Positions 1-8,248 of a stretch of DNA of 10,002 nucleotides are shown in pieces (within the stretch, counting starts at the first letter, position 1; each line of letters opens with the position of its first letter). The notes beneath the pieces were generated by a model. The model saw only the letters and a list, made by a program, of their open reading frames with translations, was not told where the DNA came from and ran no database searches. Origin of the DNA: Octopus sinensis (Eukaryota). Location of the stretch: positions 1 through 10,002 of the forward strand of contig NW_021827748.1 of the NCBI RefSeq assembly GCF_006345805.1, given 5' to 3'. Position numbers and translations under genes: made by a program.

Positions 1-900
1 AAATAATTCGCTGGATTATGCACGGGGCTGCGATACGGACGGAGAATGCGGCCTTCCGTCTGTTGAAATGAAAGTGTCGGAGATAGAGTTTGCGATCATG
101 CCCACGAGACCTCTATCCGGCGCACGGGTGAAAATCTCCACAAATGGTAAGTTTACATGTCCGTTGAAGATTTTGAAAGCCGGATGAGATCTCCCTGCAT
201 CCTCTGTCGTTCGAGTGAAGGCAATGCCAGCCGTTGGAGATGCTCCTCTTACGCAAGCTTAGACAAGCCCGCGCCCATTCGGGTAGCCAAGTGCTGAACC
301 CGTTCCAGGTGCTGAATGTCTTTCTGGAGATATGGGTTTGAGGTGTGGATGTAATATTCGAGGATGGGTCGAACTAGAGTGACGTATATAGGCCGAAAGA
401 CGTCCATTGAAAGGTTGGCAAAGGAACGATGAATGAGGAAAAGATTCCTTCTGGCTTTGTTCGCCGCCTCGATACACTGCCGCGGTGGTTTGAAAGTAGT
501 ATCGATCATTATGCCAAGATCCTTTTCTTCAGTGACCATCTTAAGATGTTGATGTTTGTGGCCAATAGTTAAGGGAGAGTTTGGAGGTGAACCTATTGGC
601 AAATGGCTGCATTTTGAGGCGCTCAAGGGCCGATCCCATTCTTCCGCTCAATTTCATGCTCAATTTCAGCGACGACTGGAGTATGTCGTATTGTTTCCTA
701 GGCGAAACAAGTTTGACGTCGTCTGCAAATAGGAGAACTCTTCCATCAAGAAAATCTGGCAGGTCGTTGATATAGAGAAGGAAAAGTATTGGCCCCAGCA
801 CCGATCCCTAGGGAACGCCGCTGCATGCATTCGTCTCCGTGGAGAGAACTCCATTTATCTGCACCCGAAAGTTCGATAGCTCAGGAAGGAAGAAATCCAC
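1..900 (-). mobile_element. 5'-truncated CR1-group (CR1/L2-like) LINE, decayed RT C-terminal half
   Basis: Joining minus-strand frames gives WISSFLS.RTFRVQINGVLS..CSGVP*GSVLGPILFLLYINDLP (TAG at 808-810), LLFADDVKL (FADD 718-729), EKDLGIMID, LVRPILEY, LERVQHLATR, *EEHLQRLALPSLERQRMQGDLI and RGHDRKL...RRKAAFSVR. This is the typical CR1/L2 RT-to-C-terminus motif order, with several stops and frameshifts. Homology stops abruptly at ~900. Confidence 0.93.
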
Positions 901-901
901 G

Positions 902-1067
902 AAGTCACCAAGGACAAACAATATCGGTGGCAGGCATCCATTTGGGGGAGCCGAGCTTTTCATATGGGCAACTATGTGGCCTGCTCCGTGTGGGGAGTAG
1001 AAACGCTCTTTTTGGGTATGCTACTCAGGGCAGAGCACGCAATGTTGTCTATTGCAAAGTTTTATAG
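902..1067 (+). pseudogene. Helitron RepHel PIF1-like helicase, C-terminal remnant
   Basis: It reads KS(+1 nt)QGQTISVAGIHLGEPSFSYGQL, then ctatgtggcctgctccgtgtg (LYVACSRV with 3 nt lost), then GSRNALFGYATQGRARNVVYCKVL*. This matches the PIF1/Helitron ending KSQGQT..G.DL..P.FSHGQLYVA.SRV...T.NVVY.EVL*. Confidence 0.9.
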
Positions 1068-1326
1068 ATGTAGAAAGAACAAGTCATCATTGCAGCCTAT
1101 GTGGTTATAAACAGGTGATCCGGAAGCATTAGCCGGACATATTCTCAAACCATAGCAACATGACTCATGGACTCTTCCTCTTCATTATTGGACAATACAG
1201 ACTTCTCCGACAACAATGCTCACTCGGCCGATATCAGCGCTTGGCCAAGTTTCTCATAAAGTTAGGCTAGAAGGGCCAAGCCCCATATTTTTTGTTAAGG
1301 CTGTTAGTAAGTTTTCCTAAGTTACT

Positions 1327-1518
1327 CCAATCCAGATCTCCAATGCAAACCTTCGAATCAACCTTCTCCAATGCACATCTCTAATGCAACCTTATCCAAT
1401 CCAAATCTTTGAGTCAACCTTCTTCACTGCAGATCTCAAATGCAAACCTTCGATGCATCCTTATCCAGTGCAAACTTTCGATGCAACCTTTTCCAATGCA
1501 TATCTTCGATGCAGCCTT
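1327..1518. repeat. Hierarchical minisatellite of 13-bp and 15-bp subunits
   Basis: 14 subunits total 192 bp, approximately ccaatgcaNatct (13) and tcgatgcaaccttNt (15). They are arranged as two ~97-bp blocks with the order 13-13-15-13-15-13-15. Confidence 0.9.
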
Positions 1519-1597
1519 GACTGATAGTACTCCTAGGAGGGGTTAGGACTAGATCGAGATTAATCACTGCCTTTTAGAGGCTCCCTATACCCTTTCG

Positions 1598-1629
1598 CTA
1601 GGTTAGCTTAGGCTTAGGTTAAGGTTAAG
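1598..1629 (+). repeat. Degenerate TTAGG-like simple repeat
   Basis: ctaggttagcttaggcttaggttaaggttaag. Isolated gttagg motifs also occur near 1261 and 1542. Confidence 0.6.
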
Positions 1630-1824
1630 ATGACGGGGGTGGGGTGTGTTAGAAAGGGCCAGCATGTGCAACTTGTTCACTTCTACCGGTCAAACTCCCA
1701 ACCCATGCGTCCCATCCTGACACTGATTCTGCAGAACTGGGTTGGGTGTGAAACTAACTTTAAAGTATAAATATAGATTTTTTTGAATCAGCAATGTTGT
1801 GTTCAGTTAAGTCCTATTTGGGGT

Positions 1825-2175
1825 GAAAAATCAATAAACTGATACCTTATGGGGTTTTCCATTCAATCAGGATGAAAATTGATAAACCGGTTCCTTATAG
1901 GATTTCCCACTAAAATTGGCTACACCCCATTTTCAACATAACTTTTGACATATTTTGTTCAAACTTGATGCCGGCGTTACTTAGGACTCATGGCATCTTT
2001 GAATGCTTTAAGCTCTCAAAAAAAAAAAAAAAAAAAAACAATCGATGAGTGGAAAAATCGATAAACCGATTCCTTATGGGATTTCTCAATCAAATTATCT
2101 GCAACCCATTTTCAGCCAATCGTTTACCAATTTCAATGGATTTCGCTCAAGTTTGACCTCGGTGTAATTTAGTTT
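1825..2175 (+). repeat. Diverged direct repeats in the Helitron 3' region
   Basis: A ~42-bp motif gaaaa(a)t(c/t)(a/g)ataaac(c/t)g(a/g)t(t/a)ccttat(g/a)gg(a/g)ttt occurs at 1825, 1874 and 2052. Copies 2 and 3 extend as a ~110-125 bp diverged duplication (..cccattttca..caa(a/g)(c/t)ttga..cgg(c/t)gt). Confidence 0.8.
2018..2038 (+). repeat. Poly(A)21 tract
   Basis: 21 consecutive A residues. Confidence 0.95.
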
Positions 2176-2220
2176 GGTTTGAAACAAAGCGCTTGATTAG
2201 CTTAATAATCCTAACTTTAT

Positions 2221-2249
2221 TCCGGGCAACGCCGGGCTAAACTGCTAGT
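2221..2249 (+). other. Helitron 3' terminus: GC-rich hairpin, then CTAG and target T
   Basis: TCCGGGCAACGCCGGG (2221-2236; CCGG..CCGG stem), an 8-nt spacer, CTAG (2245-2248) and T (2249). This fits the established Helitron rule of hairpin + CTRR inserted between A and T. Confidence 0.85.
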
Positions 2250-2968
2250 CTACCATAATCGATAGTTTTCCTAAAATTCGAATCGGTAAGTCAAAACTGC
2301 TGGCGAATAATATTAATTTATTTGATAATATTGACAGGAAACGATTGTCACTACCAATTACGTCATATTTCATAACGGTGACCAGAGTTGATTTTGGCAA
2401 TATTCCAGAAATTTCTTATAACACCTAGTGACGTCTTTTCTTGTCCATTGAAGTCAGTTTTTGATGGACGTTTATTAACAAAAAGAAAATGTTCATCTTC
2501 GCTTCTAAAGGCTTCGTAAAGTATTCTAGAATATTTCAGAGGGCTTATAAAACTATGGTGTTTAGATGTCTAGAAGGAGTCTTCTTATTGTGGCCATAAG
2601 CTATGTTTCTTCAGCTTGTGTTTGTAAAATAATTCTCATCACTCAAATTGTTCTCAAATTGTTCCTGTTGTAACCGGAGCCAATGTCCTAAATTTATACG
2701 AGATATTTCAGCTCTCATCTTTCATTACTTCTTGATTCAAACACTTAACATGCATACAACAAAGTGTACATCATGTATACTAAAGAATGCTTTGTGTTAT
2801 CGATAAACATTGTTGAAGAAAATTATTTCTCATATTGATTATTCAACATGTGAAAACATAACACATCTAAATTAATCATAGCTGAAGAGGCTGTCTCTGA
2901 CCCACAGGTTGATGTGCGCCAAGATATTCTATCGATCTATTTGCTGTCATGTCTACCAACACTCTCAA

Positions 2969-3108
2969 GGCGTTGAATTGGCAGAAGTGTTAGTGTCGGA
3001 TGAAATGTCTTGCAGTATTTATTGTAGTTCTAGCGTTCTGAGCTCAATTCCCTAGCGAGATCAGTATTGCCTTTTATCTTTCCCATTTACATAAAATAAA
3101 GTAACAGT
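2969..3108 (+). mobile_element. Old, degenerate copy of the tRNA-type SINE family
   Basis: ggcgttgaattggcagaagtgttag..gaaatgtcttgcagtattt..cgttctgagctcaattcc..ttgccttttatctttc..ataaaataaagtaacagtc aligns with the head and core of the intact copy at 9082-9300. Confidence 0.75.
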
Positions 3109-3127
3109 CTAGGACAATGGACTATTG

Positions 3128-3190
3128 ATAGCAAAACGAGCATTGATGAGATACCTTACGGTATTTGATTCGCCTCTTTGCTTTATACGT
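3128..3190 (+). mobile_element. Possible second degenerate SINE head fragment
   Basis: gagcattgatgagataccttacggtatttgattcgcctcttt weakly matches the SINE head segment between the A and B boxes. Confidence 0.35.
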
Positions 3191-3394
3191 TTACGCTGTG
3201 ATCTACATGAATGTAGACTTAATCTGTCATCCGGACTAACACAGGCCCTTGGGTATCTTTAGTAGAGCCCACTCTGTTACAAGCTTCTAGTCAAGTCTCC
3301 AGTTTGAGGATGCCTTCCTCCTTCCCTTTCTCCATCTCGGGAACCTTGAAAGGGGCATACTCCGCTAAGTGACAAAATATTTTTAGGCAATTTA

Positions 3395-3720
3395 CAGGGT
3401 GATCTAAAAGTTCTGTAGCATCTTTGAAGTTCTTAGTTTAACATTAAAAAAGTGGCAATTTTATCACTATTTCATATCGTTTTAAAGACTTTTTAGTTTT
3501 CTTTCAAGTTCTGAATTCATCTTTAAGCTAAGAGATATAGTTTCGTCCAAAATCAGAATGGAACATGATCGATCTGCAGTAGCTGGTATGTCGCCATCAG
3601 AAATTTTGTATTTTCTCAGTTGGCCGAAGACGAAACGAATGTTCATCTATCGAACCAGCAATCGATTTGGGACACTGGAGGAGTTCAAGACTGGCATTCT
3701 TCTTCAAGACAGTACAGTTT
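3395..3720 (+). mobile_element. Left end of a decayed Tc1/mariner element (DD37D/maT-like) with transposase N-terminus
   Basis: TA|CAGGGTG TIR-like start (TA 3393-3394). An ATG at 3558 gives MEHDRSAVAGMSPSEILYFLSWPKTKRMFIYRTSNRF, and a frameshift continues WDTGGVQDWHSSSRQYS. This resembles the N-terminal HTH region of Bmmar1-type transposases (DR.AV...G..P..I..L...KRF.YRT..R). No right TIR was found. Confidence 0.65.
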
Positions 3721-3722
3721 AG

Positions 3723-4013
3723 GTCACAATAATCCAAGATTCAAGATTTTTGACTATCTTTTCTGGCAATTTCGCTATCATGGTATAGCAGACATTTTTC
3801 TCCAAAGACTAGCCTTTGCCCCAGGACAAAACACTTAAAGATACAACATAAGGGTTTTAAATCTCTGAGGATCTTTCCTGTTGATTCCACATTAACAACA
3901 TACTAAAAGCTGCCTCTTCTTCCTTGGGCCTCTAGGGTTAAAGTCACAATAATCCAATGTTCAAGATCTCTGACGATCTTTCCTGGCGATCCCACAATAA
4001 TAACATTTAAAAA
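3723..4013. repeat. Degenerate ~105-115 bp tandem triplication
   Basis: 3723-3770 vs 3943-3990 match 41/48. 3861-3908 vs 3966-4013 match 39/48. The shared core atcttt(t/c)ctg is at 3756, 3871 and 3976. Confidence 0.75.
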
Positions 4014-4223
4014 ACTGCATCCTTCGGCATTTTTTCCAGTGAGGTTTTCCTTACAGAAATTGACCTGCAAATGTCCAGACTTAACGTCAGTCACAACCGT
4101 CTCATCAGTCTGGGAAGGCCCGTAGAAGTCTCAAGCGGTTTCCCATTACTGCCTTTGACATCCCTTTACTCTTACAGGATAAAAATAAATAAAAGTGCAG
4201 AAATGTCTAGCAATTAAAATTTT

Positions 4224-4422
4224 TGGTAGAATCGTTAGCACGCCGGGCAAAATGCTTCGCCTGTCTTTACGTTCTGAGTTCATATTCCGCCGAGGTCGAC
4301 TTTGCCTTTCATATTTCCGGGTTAGATAAAATAAGTACTAGTTGAGTACTGGGGTCGATGTAATCGAGTTACCCCCTTCCTACCCCGACATTGCTGGTCT
4401 TGTGCCAACATTTGAAACCAAT
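4224..4422 (+). mobile_element. tRNA-type SINE, same head and core as 9082-9300 but a different 3' tail
   Basis: tggtagaatcgttagcacgccgggcaaaatgc..gttctgagttcatattccgccgaggtcgactttgcctttcat..ggggtcgatgtaatcga, then the tail cccccttcc..ttgctggtcttgtgccaacatttgaaacca. Confidence 0.92.
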
Positions 4423-4939
4423 GTTTGTTACTTGAAGAATCCCACACATTAAAAAGACCCTCGATGTACCGACAGAATGGATTCTCAGTTTCGAGCAAAT
4501 AAATTCTACTACATGTCTGGTAGACGCAATTGAAACAGTATTAAATTTAAACAGCCATCAACGTATAATACTTAAAGTATAAACGCTGCTGATAGGCTAG
4601 TTACTGCGGTATTTGTCCCGAGAGAACATCTTTTATAGATGGACTGCGCTAAAAAACAATAAATATCAAACGGTGAAGAAAATTCTTCCCAACAGCTGCC
4701 AACGAGAATTCTTGATGCATTTCAACATATGGGGTCTTTTCAATAGCGCGTACTCTCAGCGAGCTACAAAACAAAGAATAAAACATTCACTGATGTTGCA
4801 AATAGTTGCTTGGCTGAATAAAAATCCGGTATATGTACTTTTATGTAAAAATTCGGTATATGTACTCAACAGGTCAGATATTATGGTATTTGTCCTGAGA
4901 TAATATCTCTTACAGGAGAACTGCGTTAAAAGCATTATA

Positions 4940-5505
4940 TTGGGTTGTCCGGAAAGTTCGTGCCGATTTATAGTAGCTTACCTTTCGACTTATTTTAGAA
5001 CGTGGTTGAATCCATAAAATAGGATTTGACTACACCTCCATTTAGAGCACAGTTTAAGCTATCTTTTCGTGGAAGAAGGTTTATGTTCCTATAACCTGTG
5101 TTAATTCTGTAACCCTTTAAAATGGAAGATGAGAAAGTTCATTTTCGGCACTTGATGCATTGGGAACCAGACAATAATTGCTGCAACTCAGCTGGGATGT
5201 GTTACCCCACCCTCCATATTCACCAGATATTGCTCCTTCGTTTTTCCACTTATTCAGGTCTCCGCAGAATAGTCTTAATGGTAAAAATTTCAATTCCTTG
5301 GATGACGTAAAAAGATACCTTGATGAATTCTTTGCCATGAAACCACCTCAATTCTGGGAAGAGGGTAGTTTCAAGTTAAAGGAAAGATGGAGACGGATTG
5401 TGCAACAAAATAGTTCATATTTGGTTAATTAAAAATGTAATGGCAAGTATTCATTGACCTTTTTCTTTCCTTAAAAAATCGGCACGAACTTTCCGGACAA
5501 CCCAA
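4940..5505 (+). mobile_element. Internally deleted mariner (DD34D-type) transposon, 566 bp
   Basis: Perfect 30-bp TIRs ttgggttgtccggaaagttcgtgccgattt (4940-4969 and 5476-5505), TA duplication (4938-4939, 5506-5507) and transposase remnants inside. Confidence 0.97.
5122..5432 (+). pseudogene. Mariner transposase remnant (N-terminus fused to C-terminus)
   Basis: MEDEKVHFRHLMHWE (5122-5166) is joined to TRQ*LLQLSWDVLPHPPYSPDIAPSFFHLFRS...WEEG..KLKERWRRIVQQNSSYLVN*. The YSPDLAPSD motif has F in place of the catalytic D. Confidence 0.95.
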
Positions 5506-6178
5506 TAAATACCAGAGGGAGATGAAATTCTTACTAAGAGTAGCCAGTGAGAACGCCAGATACATTTCGACATTTTGAGGCCTTTTTAATGGTGCCTACT
5601 CGCAGTCAGCCACATACTCAGACTAGAATTCGTTGCCCTTGATATAGGCAAAAGTGAATAAAACTTTTGCTGATTTTGTTAACAGCCGCCCGTCTGAATA
5701 AAAATCCCGTGTACGCAATTGAAGTAGTATTAAATTAAAATAGCCTTCTAGCTATCATACTTAAAGTATACACACTATTTTTAGCATAGCACGTGTAAAA
5801 GAGATGTTATCTCAGGCCTATCGACAATGTTTATATATTATGAATGATACATTGATGGCCATTTTACTACATGTATTTCTTTCATTGCTATAACGAAATA
5901 TGCGCGTGCGTATTTGTGATTGTGTGTAGGGGTTGTGAAGGGCATGTGGGTATGTGTGTGAGGAAGTGAATCGGGGCGGCGATGAAAAGTAATTTTGTTG
6001 AGTGATGTTCATTTATGCGGAAAGAGAAATTAGCCATTCAGTAAATAGAGATCGATCAAGTAAGTATTATATTGAAAAAGAATACTGGGATCGATATAAT
6101 CGAAGAAAACCATTGAAGGCGGAGCCTCGGTCCGATTGAAGTCCGATAACGGGAACAGAAAAAGAGCATTAAAAAATG

Positions 6179-6390
6179 CCCCCCCCCCACACACACACAC
6201 TCATACAGTACATACATGTACATACACACTCGTACATGAATGATCCAACAAACACATATCCATTCTAAATATTTGAGCGTTTGTATATTTATGTACGTAC
6301 ATATGTGTGTGTGTGCATATATAATAATACATATATATGTGTGTACGCACACACACGCGCGCGCGCATACATATGCGTATATACATCTAT
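6179..6390. repeat. Compound microsatellite and alternating purine-pyrimidine tract
   Basis: C10, (AC)6, then mixed (TA)/(TG)/(CA)/(CG) runs such as gtgtgtacgcacacacacgcgcgcgcgcatac. Confidence 0.9.
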
Positions 6391-7178
6391 ATAATAAAAA
6401 ATATAAAAATAGGACAAGAATGCAAAACAACCAGACAGACGATACAAAGAAAGCAAGGACGGATCATTCGGAGTTTTCTTTCTTCAGTCAAGTTCCAGAT
6501 TATCTTTGCAATTTTGGCTGGTTATACTCGAGATTGCTCCAATCTGGCCAGCTCCAAGGAAAAACTAAGCTAAGAGAATTAAATTCCTTGGAAGAAAGCA
6601 GTGAATGTACACGAAAACAAGAACGGAAAAAAAGCAGAGAAATGTTACACAAATACAAATGCAATTAACAGGACATAACAGCAGGTATCTTTCGACTAAC
6701 GATGAGTTAAATTAAGCTGGCGTGTGTGAAAGTAAAGCCTTACAGCAGGGACATAAGATTTAACAGGCACAGGGAGGAATATAGATGTTGCACAGATGGT
6801 AGTCGAACCAAGAAAGAAAGGTCAGGCCCGGCCGCTGCTTCTTCGTTCGCCCGTTATACATTAGTTAGTAAAAGAGGTGGAGGTGGGGCGAGTGAGAGGT
6901 TGTGTAAGAGTGAGAAAGAGAGGGAGGTTTGAAGAAAGATTAGAGGAAGAAGTGGAGAAAGGCGATTAATATTAATAGACTTAGGCTAAATAGTCACGTG
7001 GTAAGCAGAAGGTAGAGGCGAAGAACGAGAGATAGAGACGACGAGAGAAAAAGACGGAGAAAGAAGTGTTTACGATGCGCAACGAAGTGGGAAAGGAATA
7101 CTTATTACATCGTTAAAAAGTTAAACTGATGTGAAAAGGTAGATAAAGAGAGATGGACAGGGGAGGCAGCTATATTGG

Positions 7179-7229
7179 GAGAGAGAGAGAGAGAGGCGGA
7201 CAACAGTGGTGGTGGTGGTGGTGGTGGTG
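7179..7229. repeat. (GA)8 and (GTG)8 microsatellites at the end of a purine-rich stretch
   Basis: Read directly: 7179-7194 and 7206-7229. Confidence 0.95.
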
Positions 7230-7628
7230 TGTTGCTACTGAAAAGCGTTTTTTTTGGACTAATTTTTTACAGCCGCCATGGCATACGCAAAAGTGCAATT
7301 ATTTATCGTCTGCTAGCTTACAAAATTGATATTTTTTTATAAGGGTCAATTTAACCTAAATTCTGGATTTACAAGAAACACGGTTACAAGTGCCCTAGAA
7401 GGAAGCGCAGATATAGAGCACGGATCAGAGAGGAACAGTAGAATATATAATAGAAAGAGAAAAAGGACGACAGCGATGGAGACGTGAGGAAGTGAATGTA
7501 GACGAACGTCAGGAATATTTTAAGAAAGTTAAACCATGAATGCTGTAAACACGCAAATCATCCTTTCGTTGTTAAGTAGGTCCTCTTAATTTTTTCCATT
7601 CCGTAGAATTTACACAGGTCTTACTAGT

Positions 7629-7971
7629 AAATATATATATTATATAATTGCATGGTTATGCTTATATGCATACATATTTGTGTGCTTGTACGTACGTGTG
7701 TGTGAGAGTGTGTGTGTGTGTGTGTGTATGTGTATCTGTGTGTGTGTGTGTGTGTGTGTATGTGTGTGCATGCGTGTGTTTGTGTGTGCATGCGTGTGTT
7801 TGTGTGTGTGTGTGAGAGAGAAAAGAAGAAGAAGAAGAAGAAGAAGAAGAAGAGAAGAAGAAGAAGAAGAAAAGAAGAGAGGAGGAGAGCGAGGAGGAGG
7901 AGAAGAAGAAGAAGAAGAAGAAGAAGAAGAAGAGAAGAAGAAGAAGAAGAAGAAGAGAAGAAGAAGAAGAA
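7629..7971. repeat. Compound microsatellite: (TA)n, (TG)n, then (GAA/GGA)n
   Basis: The TG-rich tract is ~7678-7814. The polypurine tract 7814-7971 has a single C at 7890. Confidence 0.97.
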
Positions 7972-7998
7972 TCGATAACCGGTATTGGAAAGACAGAG

Positions 7999-8132
7999 AC
8001 TTTGTCTATTGACCATGAAAGGATGAAGATAGAGTTTGACATCAGTGATATTCGAAATCAGAAGGCAGAGAGCTGGAACGAATTAGCACGAGGCATTCTA
8101 TCCGACCTTCTAATGACAGAGCCAACGCGCCA
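7999..8132 (-). mobile_element. Old, degenerate copy of the tRNA-type SINE family
   Basis: The reverse complement tggcgcgttggc..cattagaaggtcggatagaatgcc..ttctgatttcgaat..ttcatcctttcatggtcaatagacaaagt aligns with the SINE head and core (ttcatcctttc is conserved). Confidence 0.75.
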
Positions 8133-8133
8133 G

Positions 8134-8248
8134 CATACATACATACATACATACATACATACATACATACATACATACATGCATACATACATACATACAT
8201 ACATACATACATACATACATACATACATACATACATACATACATACAT
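8134..8248 (-). repeat. (ATGT)n tetranucleotide array, ~29 units, forming the RTE 3' tail
   Basis: (cata)n on + with one catg variant at 8178-8181. On - it directly follows the RTE 3' UTR (...gagtggacggccatc). Confidence 0.93.

Larger units (their letters stand above)
902..2248 (+). mobile_element. 3' part of a Helitron (helicase end, ~1.2 kb repeat-rich 3' region, terminus)
   Basis: The helicase C-terminus (902-1067) and a canonical Helitron 3' terminus (2221-2248) are on the same strand. That both belong to one element is inferred. Confidence 0.7.
4524..5816 (+). repeat. Unclassified ~350-bp repeat in tandem partial copies (possible MITE)
   Basis: 4524-4581 vs 5713-5770 match 49/58. 4608-4648 vs 4885-4925 match 33/41. 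The bodies 4649-4838 and 4926-4939+5508-5714 align once the mariner is removed. 5794-5816 is an inverted copy of the 4894-4914 motif. Confidence 0.75.

Noticed and set aside
901-1000. Minus-strand ILFVLGDF, resembling a LINE endonuclease GDFN motif fused to the RT
   Set aside because: The plus strand of the same bases matches several consecutive PIF1/Helitron helicase motifs, which explains the sequence much better.
1598-1629. Interstitial telomere
   Set aside because: It is short and heterogeneous (TAGGT/TAGCT/TAGGCT/TAAGGT) with no TTAGGG array.
1327-2093. CRISPR-like array
   Set aside because: The repeats are diverged, have no unique regular spacers and sit in a eukaryotic TE context with no cas genes.
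3930-3995. Minus-strand WPxRSPDLNPLDY-like or IIGDFN-like motifs in the triplication
   Set aside because: Each needs several assumed indels shared by all copies, and the first would be antisense to the neighbouring transposase start.
4613-4903. 96-aa ORF as a real gene
   Set aside because: It has a non-ATG start, lies in repeat copy 1, is not preserved in copy 2 and has no recognisable domain.
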